DNA of 64,000 bases from Pseudobdellovibrionaceae bacterium (GTDB lineage: Bacteria; Bdellovibrionota; Bdellovibrionia; Bdellovibrionales; UBA1609). The notes beneath the pieces are model-generated. The model was not told the origin of the DNA and made no database searches. It saw only the letters and a list, made by a program, of their open reading frames with translations. The position numbers and the translations under genes are program-made. The stretch lies in contig CANEZP010000012.1 of the NCBI GenBank assembly GCA_947444305.1, positions 74,010-138,009 of the forward strand. The letters are read 5' to 3'. Of the stretch, positions 8,179-19,173 are shown one piece after another; position 1 is the first letter of the stretch; every line of letters begins with the position of its first letter.

Positions 8179-10008
8179 GTGACGTCACCTCATAACAGGT
8201 CACCTGACCGGGCGGGACCGGCGCGCGGCGATTGGGCCACGGTGAGGTCCCTCGGCGCTCACTTATGGCCGCCCGGGCACGCCGATCTCAAGGCGCGCGT
8301 CGTTTTCGCGATGCTTGCGCTCATCGCGGCGAAAGGCGTTAACGTTTACGTTCCGTTTCTTTACAAGGGCGCGGTCGACGCGCTTTCGGCAAAGCCTGAA
8401 ATCATTATGCCCGTGGGCTTGATTGTCGGGTACGGACTCGCGCGCATTCTGCAGCAATCCTTCGGCGAATTGCGCGACTTCATTTTCGCGCGCGTCTCGC
8501 AGCACGCGCAGCGAACCGTGGCGCTCGAAACTTTTCGCCACCTTCATGAGCTATCCCTGGCGTTTCACCTCGACCGGCAGACCGGCGGGCTGTCGCGGGT
8601 CATCGAACGCGGTACGCGCGCGATACAATCCGTTTTAAGCTTCATGCTTTTCAACATTATCCCGACGTTAATTGAAATCTTGCTCGTGTCGGGAATTTTG
8701 TATTTCAAGTTCGGCTGGTTTTACGCCGCCGTGACGCTTGGGATGATCGCGATCTATATTACGTTCACCTTCAACGTGACCAATTGGCGAACCAAATACC
8801 GGCGTTCGATGAACGAACGTGACACCGAAGCGAACACGAAGGCGATCGATTCGCTCCTCAACTTCGAAACCGTTAAGTATTTCGTCAACGAAGAGCATGA
8901 GTATGGGCGTTACGATGCGTCGCTTACGCAATACCAAACGGCCGCGCTAAAAAGCCAATCCAGCTTGTCGATGCTTAACATCGGTCAAGGGTTGATCATC
9001 GGGTCGGGGCTCATCGCGGTGATGTGGATGGCCGCGCAAGGCGTGCAGACGGGGGCCCTCTCGGTCGGTGACTTTGTGTTGGTGAACACCTTGCTGCTGC
9101 AACTCTTCCTGCCGCTCAATTTTCTTGGTTGGGTGTACCGGGAGATTAGCCAAGGTCTCATCGACATGGAGAAGATGTTCGAGCTGATCCGGGTCAACGC
9201 CGAGGTCAGCGATGCGCCGTCGGCGAGCGCGTTAACCACCCGGGAGTGGACGGTTGAATTCGATCACGTGAACTTCTCGTATAATCCCGACCGGCAGATT
9301 CTTCGTGACGTTAGTTTTAAAATTCCCGCCGGGCAAACGGTGGCGGTGGTCGGGCCGAGCGGGTCGGGCAAGTCGACCTTAGCGCGTTTGCTTTTCCGCT
9401 TTTACGACGTCCATTCGGGCGCGATCCGCATCGGGGGTCACGACTTGCGCGAGGTCACGCAAAAATCTTTGCGGCAAGCGATCGGGATCGTTCCGCAGGA
9501 CACGGTGCTCTTTAACGATTCGATCGGCTACAATATCCGCTACGGCAAGCCCGGCGCGGGCGATGAGGCGGTCGTCGAAGCGGCGAAACTTTCGCAAATC
9601 CACAACTTCGTCGAAAGCCTGCCGCGCAAGTACGATACGCCCGTGGGCGAACGTGGGTTAAAATTGTCGGGTGGCGAAAAACAACGAGTCGCGATCGCAC
9701 GCACGATCTTAAAGAATCCACCGGTCCTTATGCTGGATGAAGCGACCTCGGCGCTCGACTCGCACACCGAAAAAGAAATTCAGGCCTCGCTCCGGGAAGT
9801 TTCGCGCAATCGCACGACGCTGGTCATCGCCCACCGGCTCTCGACGATCGTCGACGCCGACGAGATCTTAGTGCTCAAACAGGGATCCATCGTTGAACGC
9901 GGACGTCACCAAGACTTGCTGAAACTGCAAGGTGAGTACGCCGCGATGTGGAGGAAACAACAAGAAGCGCGCGAGATCGAGAAGAAGCTCGAGGCGCTTA
10001 CAGAATAA
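8179..10008 (+). CDS. ABC exporter, fused permease-ATPase of the Atm1/HMT1 (ABCB6/7-like) type
   Basis: N-terminal ..LWPPGHADLKARVV.. followed by six hydrophobic segments. Walker A GPSGSGKST, signature LSGGEKQRVAIAR, Walker B VLMLDEATSALD. GTG start 1 nt after the clpB stop. Confidence 0.85.
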   Translation: MTSPHNRSPDRAGPARGDWATVRSLGAHLWPPGHADLKARVVFAMLALIAAKGVNVYVPFLYKGAVDALSAKPEIIMPVGLIVGYGLARILQQSFGELRDFIFARVSQHAQRTVALETFRHLHELSLAFHLDRQTGGLSRVIERGTRAIQSVLSFMLFNIIPTLIEILLVSGILYFKFGWFYAAVTLGMIAIYITFTFNVTNWRTKYRRSMNERDTEANTKAIDSLLNFETVKYFVNEEHEYGRYDASLTQYQTAALKSQSSLSMLNIGQGLIIGSGLIAVMWMAAQGVQTGALSVGDFVLVNTLLLQLFLPLNFLGWVYREISQGLIDMEKMFELIRVNAEVSDAPSASALTTREWTVEFDHVNFSYNPDRQILRDVSFKIPAGQTVAVVGPSGSGKSTLARLLFRFYDVHSGAIRIGGHDLREVTQKSLRQAIGIVPQDTVLFNDSIGYNIRYGKPGAGDEAVVEAAKLSQIHNFVESLPRKYDTPVGERGLKLSGGEKQRVAIARTILKNPPVLMLDEATSALDSHTEKEIQASLREVSRNRTTLVIAHRLSTIVDADEILVLKQGSIVERGRHQDLLKLQGEYAAMWRKQQEAREIEKKLEALTE

Positions 10009-10030
10009 GCGACCGGAATAAGCAACCGGA

Positions 10031-10696
10031 TTAATGCGAATCCGTCGATGGTGTGCTCGTATCCGAAAAAACGCCGCTTCCGGGATCGGCCGCGTCCGGC
10101 CCGCCGATGGCGCCCTGCGCGAGACTGGTGGTCATGGCGTTATCCTTAGTGGAGTCCCTGTCTTCGTAGATTTCGTCATGCCGGGCGGCCATGCCTTTCC
10201 GGTTCAGCTGATTCATTTTCTTTTCCACGGTTTTTTGGACCGCGACCCGGCGCAGATCGATTTTGATCGGTTGCTCGGCGCGCGTTCGGGCTTCGGTCGC
10301 AAGATCGGCCGCGGTGGGCACCATTCCCGGCTCGATTTCGCCGCCAGCTAAAATGTGCGCGGCTAACTCTTCAAACTTCGGCACCATCAGCGGACCGAAA
10401 ACGTTACCGGGATACCACCACAGAAAAAAGTTTTCGCGTAAATCGGTTTCCGAAGGTTCACGCTCGAACGTCAGCGTAAGTGGTTTCAAATTGGGATTCG
10501 CGGCGCGTGCGCGCATAAATTTTTGGTACTCTTTGTTGGCCGAGGGTTGCACGGGCTCGGGCCCGGAAGAAGTTCCGTCGAACGCTTGCAACCATTTAAG
10601 GCAAGCGTCGACGGTCGTCGCGTGAGTGTTTGCTTCCGACGTGGAAACGAGGAACAACATTAGGAATGTGGTGTAAATTTTCTTGCTCAGTACCAT
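10031..10696 (-). CDS. Hypothetical secreted protein
   Basis: The ORF extends to 10729, but the ATG at 10696 has a GGAAGGA SD and begins a signal peptide (MVLSKKIYTTFLMLFLVSTSEA). No recognisable domain. Confidence 0.5.
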   Translation of the reverse strand: MVLSKKIYTTFLMLFLVSTSEANTHATTVDACLKWLQAFDGTSSGPEPVQPSANKEYQKFMRARAANPNLKPLTLTFEREPSETDLRENFFLWWYPGNVFGPLMVPKFEELAAHILAGGEIEPGMVPTAADLATEARTRAEQPIKIDLRRVAVQKTVEKKMNQLNRKGMAARHDEIYEDRDSTKDNAMTTSLAQGAIGGPDAADPGSGVFSDTSTPSTDSH

Positions 10697-10801
10697 GCTT
10701 GATCCTTCCAAAGGGCGAAGGCGGAACAATGCAAAAGTCTATCCACCCGCTTGACGCGAGAGTCCAAGCGAGAGTACTTTGCACGTCACGAGGTCAATAT
10801 A

Positions 10802-11416
10802 ATGTTTTCGGGAATCGTCGAGACGACAGCTACCATCACCGCGGTTCGCGAACGAGACGGTGTTCTCGAATGCACTATTCAAAGACCGGTGAACTTCGAC
10901 GACGTCGGCACGGGCGACAGCATCGCGATCGACGGCGTTTGCCTGACGCTTGAAAAATTCGACTCCGAAAATCTGACTTTCGCACTCGGCCCCGAGACTC
11001 TCAAAGTGACCGGTTGGAATGGCGCCACCGCCCTCGGCAAAAAAGTAAACCTTGAACGTTCGTTGAGATTGAACGATCGCATCCACGGACATCTCGTTAC
11101 CGGGCACGTCGATGCGGTCGCGCAAGTTCGCGAAACCGAACGCGAGGGTGAGACCCTCCGCCTCGCGATCTCGATTCCCGAAGCGCTCGCGCCCTACATC
11201 TGGCCCAAAGGCAGCATCACCGTGAACGGAGTAAGTCTCACCGTAAACGTCGTTCGAGACGGTGAATTTCAAGTTTGGTTGATTCCTGAAACTTTGAAGC
11301 GTACCAACCTCGGTCTGCTCGAGAAGAATTTGAACGTAAATTTAGAAATCGACAACATGGCCCGCGGGCTCGTGCACGTTGTGCAAACGCTGCGCGCGAA
11401 AGAAAATCAAATATGA
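10802..11416 (+). CDS. ribE: Riboflavin synthase (alpha chain)
   Basis: Canonical MFSGIVE start at 10802 (the ORF track starts earlier at 10751). Duplicated barrel motifs (GDSIAIDGVCLT / GSITVNGVSLTV). Confidence 0.9.
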   Translation: MFSGIVETTATITAVRERDGVLECTIQRPVNFDDVGTGDSIAIDGVCLTLEKFDSENLTFALGPETLKVTGWNGATALGKKVNLERSLRLNDRIHGHLVTGHVDAVAQVRETEREGETLRLAISIPEALAPYIWPKGSITVNGVSLTVNVVRDGEFQVWLIPETLKRTNLGLLEKNLNVNLEIDNMARGLVHVVQTLRAKENQI

Positions 11417-12585
11417 GTCTGAATCCCATTCCCGAACTGATCGAAGACATCAAATCCGGTAAGCCGGTCATCTTAGTCGACGACGAAGACCGCGAAAACG
11501 AAGGCGACCTCATCGTCGCCGCCGATTACATCACTCCGCAATTGATCAACTTCATGGCCACCGAAGCGCGGGGTCTCATCTGTCTTTCGCTCACGAACGA
11601 GCAGATCCAAAGACTCGAACTGCCGCTCATGACCAAAGACGAAAATAACCGTGCGCCCCTGCGCACGGCGTTCACCGTCAGCATCGAAGCGGCCAAAGGT
11701 GTTTCGACCGGCATCTCGGCGGCCGACCGGGCGCTCACGATTAAAGTTGCCGCCAATCCCTCCGCCGGCCCAGAAGACGTCATCGTACCCGGGCATATCT
11801 TCCCGATCCGCGCGCAAAACGGCGGCGTGCTCAAGCGCGCGGGTCATACCGAGGCGAGCGTTGATCTCGCCCGCATGGCGGGTTTGAATCCGGCCGCGGT
11901 CATTTGTGAAATCATGAACCCCGACGGCACGATGGCGCGCATGGGGCAGTTGATCGAGTTCGCCAAGAAACATAACGTTAAGATCGGCACGATCGAATCG
12001 CTCATCCGCTACCGGGTGCAAAACGAAACTTACGTCGTCGAACGCGCTTCGGCCCAGATCCCGTCTCGTTTCGGCAAAGGTTTTAAGATTCGCGTTTTTG
12101 AGAATGCTCTCGACGGCCGTGAGCACGTAGCCATGGTCAAGGGTGACATCGATTCCGACAAACCGGTTTTGGTGCGCGTTCACTCCGAATGCATCATGGG
12201 TGACGTTTTCAAAAGCCGGCGTACGCGCTCGGGAGACTATCTCGAATCGTCGATGAAACTCATCGACGAGGAAGGTGCCGGCGTCCTCATCTATCTCCGG
12301 CTCGAAGAAATGAACCACCGCCTGCGCCAACGGGTACAAAGTTATCATCAATTAGATCAAGGTGAGGCGCCCACCGAAGAAATCAAAAAGGTTTTTCGTT
12401 CCGACGACCGTGATTACGGCATCGGCGCGCAAATTCTGCGTGCCCTTGGCGTGCGCAAGATCCGCCTGATCACGAACAGCCACGCCAAACGCGTCGGCCT
12501 TAAAGGGTACGGACTCGAGATCGTCGACGAAGTGGCATTGCCCATCGACACCGAGCCGCTACTCGACCACGAGTTGGAGGACTAA
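11413..12585 (+). CDS. ribB: 3,4-dihydroxy-2-butanone-4-phosphate synthase fused to a degenerate GTP-cyclohydrolase-II-like domain (RibBX-type)
   Basis: N-domain is intact (DDEDRENEGDL, GHTEA). The C-domain keeps VRVHSEC but has TRSG where the zinc-binding CDCG normally sits, and LEEMNHRL where QEGRGIGL normally sits. Confidence 0.85.
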   Translation: MSLNPIPELIEDIKSGKPVILVDDEDRENEGDLIVAADYITPQLINFMATEARGLICLSLTNEQIQRLELPLMTKDENNRAPLRTAFTVSIEAAKGVSTGISAADRALTIKVAANPSAGPEDVIVPGHIFPIRAQNGGVLKRAGHTEASVDLARMAGLNPAAVICEIMNPDGTMARMGQLIEFAKKHNVKIGTIESLIRYRVQNETYVVERASAQIPSRFGKGFKIRVFENALDGREHVAMVKGDIDSDKPVLVRVHSECIMGDVFKSRRTRSGDYLESSMKLIDEEGAGVLIYLRLEEMNHRLRQRVQSYHQLDQGEAPTEEIKKVFRSDDRDYGIGAQILRALGVRKIRLITNSHAKRVGLKGYGLEIVDEVALPIDTEPLLDHELED

Positions 12586-13044
12586 ATGTTTCTGCAAGGT
12601 AAAATGGAAATTCAATCCCGCTGGAAAATCGGCATCGTGACTTCGCGCTTCAACACCGAAATCACCGAGCGTCTCGAAACCGGCTGTTACGAGCGCTTGC
12701 TCGAGCTGGGTTTAAAGCCCGAACAAATCACGCGCGTTCGCGTGCCCGGCGCGGTCGAGATCGCGCTGGCCGCCCGCAAATTGATCGATCGCGCGCACGA
12801 CGGCGTGATCGCGCTCGGCGCCGTGATCCAAGGCGATACCAAACATTTCGATTACGTGTGCAATTCGGTTGAGCGAGGCTGTACCCAAGTTATGCTCGAC
12901 ACCATGAAGCCCGTGATCTTCGGCGTTTTGACCACCAACGATGAACGCCAAGCCGAAGAACGTATCGGGGGGTCACACGGTCATAAGGGCCGCGACGCCG
13001 CCGACACCGTCGTCGAGATGTTAAATTTAATGGACATGATCTAA
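12586..13044 (+). CDS. ribH: 6,7-dimethyl-8-ribityllumazine synthase
   Basis: IGIVTSRFN, VPGAVEI, GAVIQGDTKHFDYV, VIFGVLTT motifs. Confidence 0.9.
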   Translation: MFLQGKMEIQSRWKIGIVTSRFNTEITERLETGCYERLLELGLKPEQITRVRVPGAVEIALAARKLIDRAHDGVIALGAVIQGDTKHFDYVCNSVERGCTQVMLDTMKPVIFGVLTTNDERQAEERIGGSHGHKGRDAADTVVEMLNLMDMI

Positions 13045-13053
13045 GGACAACAT

Positions 13054-15363
13054 TTGAGTCCCTTAAGCGAAAGCGACAACGAGATTGAGAGCGGTCCCGT
13101 CGAGGGACGCAAGCGCCGCCGCGAGTTAGGCCTCGTCTTCTTCCTCGCGGTATTATTCTTGGTGTTGACCGCGATCGAATTCAAGCTGTTCGGCATGAGT
13201 CAGCAGTTGCCCTTCGCCCACTCGATCTTTTTCTTAGGGCTGGTCAACTTCAACATCATCTTGTTCTTGTTGCTGTTCTTCCTGATCTTCCGCAACGTCG
13301 TTAAGATTTTTGCCGAGCGGCAATCCGGACTGACGGGCAAAACTTTAAAAGCCAAACTGATCGCCGCCTTCGTCACGTTTAGTTTTATCCCGACCGCTCT
13401 CATGTTCATCGTGTCGGTCTTCTACATCAATAACAGCTTCGACAAATGGTTCTCCGAAAAAATGGCGGGCGTATTAAAGAGCTCGCTCGAAGTGACGAAC
13501 GCGTATTATTTGTCGGCAAAGCGAAAGAACTATCACTTCGCCGAGCGCGTCGCGACCGAGCTGCGCGGCACCCAAAGTTCCGACTGGAGCCGGCGTTTGC
13601 CGGACTTGCGCGAGCGTTACTCCCTCGACGCGGTTGAATATTATCCTTCGCTGTTCGGCCAACGCATTGTTAGCGTGAGTCCGGATGAGGCCTTACCCGA
13701 AGTGCCACCGCTCTCCCTCGAACTGCTTGAGCGCGGAATCGAGGACCGCAACGAAGCGTCGACCATCCACCAATTTGAAAACGGCAATCTCGTGCGGGTG
13801 ATCTTTCCCGTCGGTAAAAATAAAGAAGCAGGGGCGGTGGTGGTCAGCACGTTTATCCCGCTTTCGCTCATCGCCAAGATGGACGACATCGCGGCGGCTT
13901 ACGAAGATTTCCGCGACATCAATCCGCTCGAGGGACCGATAAAATCGATCTATCTGATCATCTTGGTTCTCATGACCTTAACGATCATGCTGGGGGCGAC
14001 CTGGTTCGGTTTTTACTTGGCGAGGCAGTTGTCCGTGCCGCTGGAAGAGCTGGGCCAAGCGGCTCAGCGGGTCGCTAACCGCGATTACCAAGTGGTCAAG
14101 CTTACCTCGGGATCGCGCGAGATCAACGAACTCGTTCTGCACTTCAACCAAATGACCAACACGATCGAAACTTCCGAGCGCGAAGTTTCGGAAGCCAATA
14201 TAAACTTGCGCAATACGCTCAGCCGGCTCGATGAGCACTCACGGTACATCGAAGTCATCCTGTCGACGGTGAGTACAGGCGTGGTGTCGCTCGATCCCGA
14301 CGGGCGGATCACTGTCGCTAACCGGCACGCCTCAAAATTGCTCGAGACCCCGCCGGTCAAATTGCTCGGCAAAAATATCGCCGACGTGCTCGACCAAGAA
14401 TATTTGCAGATTCTTGAGAACATGATCGAGCAGATGAAAAGCCATAAGGCCGAAAGCATCCAGCGCGAAGTTCGCATCCAGATCCGCGGCCGCTCGATTC
14501 CGCTGCAGATGACGCTTTCCTTTCTTTACGACGACAATCAACAAGAGCTCGGCAAAGTTTTGGTCTTCGACGATCTTACCGCCGTGCTGGGTGCGCAGCG
14601 TGCGGCCGCGTGGACAGAGGTCGCCCGCCGGATCGCCCACGAAATCAAAAATCCCCTTACGCCCATCAAGCTTTCCGCCGAGCGGCTCGAAAAAAAGTTC
14701 GGTGCGCAGATCCAAGACCCCGCGTTCAAAGAATGCGTGCGCGTAATCGTCAATCAAGTCGACTCGCTTAAAAATCTCGTCAACGAGTTCAACCAATTCG
14801 CGCGGCTGCCGAAATCGCAGCCCACGCCCGGTAAACTGAACCAAGCGATCAGCGATAGCCTGGTGCTTTTCCGCAACTCAGGGCGGGGCGAGGTTGTGGA
14901 TTTTACGCCCGACGAAGCGTTGCCGAGCTTCTTTTTCGATCCCGACCAGATGAACCGCATTATCCATAACCTGGTGGATAACGCCCTCGCGGCGGTGGTC
15001 GGGCGGCCGAACCCCAAAGTTGTCATTAGCACGCACTATGATAGTGTTCTGAAAATCGCCCGCATCGAGGTGGAAGACAACGGCCCGGGGATTCCCGCGC
15101 AACTGCGCGAACGCATCTTCGAACCCTACATCACCACCAAAGTGAACGGCACGGGCCTCGGGCTCGCCATCGTCAAACGGATGGTCGAAGATCACCAAGG
15201 CTTTATCCGGGCGTATTCGGTCACCGAAGCCGAGTCGCCGGAAGCGCAGACCCAAACGCGGTTCGTGATCGAGTTGCCGGTGGTCGAAACGTTGAAAACC
15301 GAATCACGCAGCCGGCTCGGCCCGAAAACCACGGGCAAAGGCCCTGGGGAGAACTACACATGA
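13054..15363 (+). CDS. Membrane sensor histidine kinase, NtrY-like (TM-HAMP-PAS-HisKA-HATPase)
   Basis: TTG start. Four N-terminal hydrophobic segments plus one more before the HAMP domain. H-box [19 protein letters not shown]-box HNLVDNA, G-boxes DNGPGI and GTGLGLAIV. Confidence 0.85.
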   Translation: MSPLSESDNEIESGPVEGRKRRRELGLVFFLAVLFLVLTAIEFKLFGMSQQLPFAHSIFFLGLVNFNIILFLLLFFLIFRNVVKIFAERQSGLTGKTLKAKLIAAFVTFSFIPTALMFIVSVFYINNSFDKWFSEKMAGVLKSSLEVTNAYYLSAKRKNYHFAERVATELRGTQSSDWSRRLPDLRERYSLDAVEYYPSLFGQRIVSVSPDEALPEVPPLSLELLERGIEDRNEASTIHQFENGNLVRVIFPVGKNKEAGAVVVSTFIPLSLIAKMDDIAAAYEDFRDINPLEGPIKSIYLIILVLMTLTIMLGATWFGFYLARQLSVPLEELGQAAQRVANRDYQVVKLTSGSREINELVLHFNQMTNTIETSEREVSEANINLRNTLSRLDEHSRYIEVILSTVSTGVVSLDPDGRITVANRHASKLLETPPVKLLGKNIADVLDQEYLQILENMIEQMKSHKAESIQREVRIQIRGRSIPLQMTLSFLYDDNQQELGKVLVFDDLTAVLGAQRAAAWTEVARRIAHEIKNPLTPIKLSAERLEKKFGAQIQDPAFKECVRVIVNQVDSLKNLVNEFNQFARLPKSQPTPGKLNQAISDSLVLFRNSGRGEVVDFTPDEALPSFFFDPDQMNRIIHNLVDNALAAVVGRPNPKVVISTHYDSVLKIARIEVEDNGPGIPAQLRERIFEPYITTKVNGTGLGLAIVKRMVEDHQGFIRAYSVTEAESPEAQTQTRFVIELPVVETLKTESRSRLGPKTTGKGPGENYT

Positions 15364-16724
15364 AGAACTCAACCAAAATTTTGATCATCGATGACGAACG
15401 CGCCATCGTCGAAGTGCTCGCGGCTTCGCTGAAAGATGACGGCTTCATCGTCGACACGGCGTTCAGCGGACGCCAGGGTTTACAAAAGATTCGCGAATTT
15501 TCGCCCGACATCGTCTTGCAAGATATCTGGATGCCCGGCGATCTCGACGGTTTGCAAGTGCTCGAAGAGGTCAAGAAGGGCGGTTATCCCGATTGCCAGT
15601 TCATCATCATGTCGGGTCACGGCACGATTGAAACCGCCGTACGCGCGGTAAAGAACGGCGCTTGGGACTTCGTCGAAAAACCGCTTTCGATGGACAAGAT
15701 CACGATCCTCATCGCGAACATTTTGAATTTCAAGCGCGAGCAGGCCGAGAAGAACGCGTTACTGACACGTCTCCGTAAAAACATCGCCCTCGTCGGTGAG
15801 AGCCCCGTCATGGTCTCGCTCAAACAAATGATCAGCCGGGTCGCCACGAGCCCCGCGTGGATTTTGATCACCGGCGAGAACGGCACGGGCAAAGAGCTCG
15901 TCGCGCAAAACATCCACTACCTGAGTCACCGTGCGGGTAATCCGCTCGTCGAGGTCAATTGCGCCGCGATCCCGGGCGAGCTGATCGAAAGCGAACTTTT
16001 CGGTTACGAGAAAGGCGCCTTCACCGGCGCGGATCGCGCTAAAAAAGGTAAATTTGATTTCGCCAACGGCGGGACCTTGTTCTTGGACGAAATCGGTGAC
16101 ATGAGCCTCGAGGCCCAGGCCAAAATCCTACGCATCTTGCAAGAGCGCAAATTCTACCGCGTCGGCGGCAACGAGCCGATCGAAGTCGACGTACGCGTGA
16201 TCGCGGCGACCAACAAAAATTTAGAAGAAGAGATCAAAGCCGGCCGTTTCCGCGAAGACTTGTACTACCGTTTGAACGTCGTGCCCCTGCGCGTGGCTCC
16301 GTTACGGCAGCGTCGCGAAGATATCTCGACGCTCATCGATTATTTCGGCGATCAGTTCCTTCGCAACAACGGCTACAAGCGCAAAACCTTCTCCCCCGCC
16401 GCGGTCGAAAAGATGCAAGGTCACGTGTGGCCCGGGAACGTGCGCGAATTGCGTAATTTCGTGGAACGCATTTATATCCTTACGCCCGGCGATGACGTCG
16501 ACATTCAAGATTTGAAATTCGCCGGTTTGACCGAAAGCCCCGGCAGCCCCGGCGATAGCGAACTACTCACGTTCCGCGAAGCCCGCGCGCATTTCGAAAA
16601 AGAATTTTTGATCCAAAAGATCGAAGAGAACCAAGGCAATATCTCCAAAACGGCCGAGAGCATCGGGCTCGAACGCAGCTATCTCCATCGCAAAATTAAA
16701 TCGTACGGCATCGAGGTTTCCTAA
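15360..16724 (+). CDS. Sigma-54-dependent two-component response regulator (REC, AAA+, Fis HTH)
   Basis: REC domain (ILIIDDE..D..MPG). Walker [15 protein letters not shown] motif (EKGAFTGA), C-terminal HTH ([21 protein letters not shown]). ATGA overlap with the kinase gene. Confidence 0.9.
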   Translation: MKNSTKILIIDDERAIVEVLAASLKDDGFIVDTAFSGRQGLQKIREFSPDIVLQDIWMPGDLDGLQVLEEVKKGGYPDCQFIIMSGHGTIETAVRAVKNGAWDFVEKPLSMDKITILIANILNFKREQAEKNALLTRLRKNIALVGESPVMVSLKQMISRVATSPAWILITGENGTGKELVAQNIHYLSHRAGNPLVEVNCAAIPGELIESELFGYEKGAFTGADRAKKGKFDFANGGTLFLDEIGDMSLEAQAKILRILQERKFYRVGGNEPIEVDVRVIAATNKNLEEEIKAGRFREDLYYRLNVVPLRVAPLRQRREDISTLIDYFGDQFLRNNGYKRKTFSPAAVEKMQGHVWPGNVRELRNFVERIYILTPGDDVDIQDLKFAGLTESPGSPGDSELLTFREARAHFEKEFLIQKIEENQGNISKTAESIGLERSYLHRKIKSYGIEVS

Positions 16725-18469
16725 TGAAATGGTCCACCGGTTATTTATTCACCCTTCGCGAAGCACCCACGGACGCCGAGATCCCCAGCCACATTCTGAT
16801 GGTGCGGGGAGGGTACATGCGCAAACTCGCGCCCGGTATTTTCACCTACGGACCGCTCTTGCTCCGTGCGCTTCGTAAATTCGAAGGCATCGTGCGCGAC
16901 GAGCTGAACAAGCGCGGCGCGATCGAAATCCTGATGCCGATGGTACAACCGCGCGAACTTTGGGAAGAGACCAACCGCTGGACCGAAATGGGTGACGGCT
17001 TGCAAAAGCTCAAGAACCGCAACGGTCACGATTTCTGCTTGGGCGCCACGCACGAAGAAGTCGTCACCGATTTCGTTCGCAGCGATGTGAAGTCTTACCG
17101 TGATTTGCCCGTGAATCTTTACCAGGTTCAGACAAAATTCCGTGACGAAATCCGCCCGCGCTTCGGTCTCATGCGCGGCCGCGAGTTCATTATGAAAGAT
17201 GCCTACTCGTTCGACATCGACAACGAAGGCGCGCAAAAATCTTACAAGCTCATGTTCGAAGCCTACTCCGCGATCTTCTCGCGCCTCGGCGCCAACTTCC
17301 GTGTCGTGCAAGCCGACAGCGGCAACATCGGCGGTAACCAATCCCAAGAATTCCACATCCTAGCCGACAGCGGTGAGGATCAACTATTCGTCAGCGAAGA
17401 AAGCGATTTCGCCGCGAACAGCGAAGTTTGCCCCGCGATCGATTCGTGGGTCGCGAAGCCCCCGGTCGACGAACTGCCCACGGAAGAATTCGCGACACCC
17501 GGTTTAAAAACGATCGACGAGCTCGCTAAATCTTTAAAGATGAAGCCCAACCAGCTCGTTAAAACGCTTTTCTTTAGCGCGAGCGATGATCCCAAAGTAA
17601 TCAAGCCGATCGCGGTCGTTTTGCGCGGCGGCGACGAAGTGAATCCGATCAAGCTCAAGAATCACTTCAAGCTCGCGAACGCACCCGCGCTTCTGAACGA
17701 CGAAGAGGTTGTGAAGGCCACCGGCGCAAGCCCCGGCAGCTGCGGGCCCGTTGGCTTAAAGATCCCGGTGATCATGGACAACGGCATGCAGAAGAAACAA
17801 AACTACATCGTCGGCGCGAACAAAGACGGCTTCCACCTTAAAAACGTCAACCACGGACGCGACTTCACGCCCACGGCCTTCGCCGATTTGCGCATGACCA
17901 AAGAGGGCGACGCGAGCCCCGACGGCAAAGGCAAACTCAAAGCCTACCGCGGGATCGAAGTCGGTCACATCTTTTACCTCGGCACCAAATATTCTGCGAA
18001 GATGGACGCTAAATATCTAGCGCAAGATCAATCGCAACGCCCGATCGAAATGGGTTGCTACGGCATCGGCGTCAGCCGCACGGTCCAAGCGGTGATCGAG
18101 CAAAACCACGACAAGGACGGCATCATCTGGCCGGTCAGCATCGCACCTTTCCACGTGCACCTGTGCGTGCTTGATCCCGACAACGCCGAAGTGATGGAGC
18201 TCGCGAACCGCTACTACGCGGAATTGAATGAGCGCGGGATCGAAGTCCTGATGGACGACCGCACCGAGCGTCCCGGTGTAAAATTCAAAGATGCCGATTT
18301 ACTCGGGATGCCGATGCGGGTAAACCTCGGCGCGCGTGGTCTGCAAGCGGGAGAGGTTGAATTGATCGACCGCAAAACGAAGAACCTCGAGAAAGTGCAG
18401 CCGGGCGCTACGGTCGAAAAGATCCAGGCCTGGTTCAAAGAGCAAATGAAGAAGGACGCAAAGAATTGA
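16724..18469 (+). CDS. proS: Prolyl-tRNA synthetase (bacterial type with editing insertion)
   Basis: 581 aa. Class II motifs (FRDEIRPRFGLMRGREF; GCYGIGVSR) and a large INS domain between motifs 2 and 3. Confidence 0.95.
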   Translation: MKWSTGYLFTLREAPTDAEIPSHILMVRGGYMRKLAPGIFTYGPLLLRALRKFEGIVRDELNKRGAIEILMPMVQPRELWEETNRWTEMGDGLQKLKNRNGHDFCLGATHEEVVTDFVRSDVKSYRDLPVNLYQVQTKFRDEIRPRFGLMRGREFIMKDAYSFDIDNEGAQKSYKLMFEAYSAIFSRLGANFRVVQADSGNIGGNQSQEFHILADSGEDQLFVSEESDFAANSEVCPAIDSWVAKPPVDELPTEEFATPGLKTIDELAKSLKMKPNQLVKTLFFSASDDPKVIKPIAVVLRGGDEVNPIKLKNHFKLANAPALLNDEEVVKATGASPGSCGPVGLKIPVIMDNGMQKKQNYIVGANKDGFHLKNVNHGRDFTPTAFADLRMTKEGDASPDGKGKLKAYRGIEVGHIFYLGTKYSAKMDAKYLAQDQSQRPIEMGCYGIGVSRTVQAVIEQNHDKDGIIWPVSIAPFHVHLCVLDPDNAEVMELANRYYAELNERGIEVLMDDRTERPGVKFKDADLLGMPMRVNLGARGLQAGEVELIDRKTKNLEKVQPGATVEKIQAWFKEQMKKDAKN

Positions 18470-19173
18470 AGGCGAGTCTTACCAATCCTATTTTTGTAGC
18501 CCTCGACGTCGACACCGCCGATCAAGCCATCGAGCTTATCCGGCAAACCCGTGCGTTCGTGGGCGGCTTCAAAGTCGGCCCGCGGCTCGCACTTCGCTTC
18601 GGCGAACCTCTCCTTAAAGAAATTGCCCGGCACGGTTCGATGTTCGTCGATAACAAGTATTTCGATATTCCGAACACGATGCTCTCGGCCGTGCGCGCGA
18701 GTTTCGAAGTGGGCGCGACGTTTTGCACCGTGCACGCGTTAGCGGGTAGGGAAGCGCTCTCGCAGTTGGCGGAGCTTGAAGCCGAGCTCTGTAAGATTCG
18801 TCCGTTCCGTATTCTGGCGATCACCGTGCTGACTAGTTTTAAACAAGACACTTTACCACCGATGCTCACAAAAATTTCCATCGCCGAGCAGACTACGCAG
18901 CTCGCGAAGCTCGTCATCGACAGCGGTCTCTCGGGCCTCGTCTGCTCGCCCGACGAAGTCGAATCCTTACGCAAACTTTTTCCCGAGGCTTACCTCGTGA
19001 CCCCGGGCGTACGCCTCAGTGGTGAAGACCGCGGCGACCAAAATCGCGTCTCTGATCCCGTGACCGCACTGAAGCGCGGCTCTTCCGCCCTCGTGGTCGG
19101 CCGTCCTATTTACGAATCCCTCGAACCTGCGAAAGCCGCTAAGTTTTATTATGAAGAAATTCAAAAAGCCTAA
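18466..19173 (+). CDS. pyrF: Orotidine-5'-phosphate decarboxylase
   Basis: IFVALDV, DNKYFDIPNT, LVVGRPI motifs. TTG start overlapping the proS stop. Confidence 0.85.
   Translation: MKASLTNPIFVALDVDTADQAIELIRQTRAFVGGFKVGPRLALRFGEPLLKEIARHGSMFVDNKYFDIPNTMLSAVRASFEVGATFCTVHALAGREALSQLAELEAELCKIRPFRILAITVLTSFKQDTLPPMLTKISIAEQTTQLAKLVIDSGLSGLVCSPDEVESLRKLFPEAYLVTPGVRLSGEDRGDQNRVSDPVTALKRGSSALVVGRPIYESLEPAKAAKFYYEEIQKA

Noticed and set aside
8178-8189. Perfect 12-bp palindrome GGTGACGTCACC spanning the clpB stop and ABC-transporter start junction
   Set aside because: Perfect 6+6 palindromes are expected roughly 15 times by chance in 64 kb (64000 x 4^-6), and there is no second copy. It could occlude the GTG start, but there is no support beyond its position.
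10730-10801. FMN riboswitch (RFN element) upstream of ribE
   Set aside because: Only about 70 nt of spacer are available, and I could not find the conserved RFN core helices. The rib genes here appear to lack the riboswitch, or it lies elsewhere.
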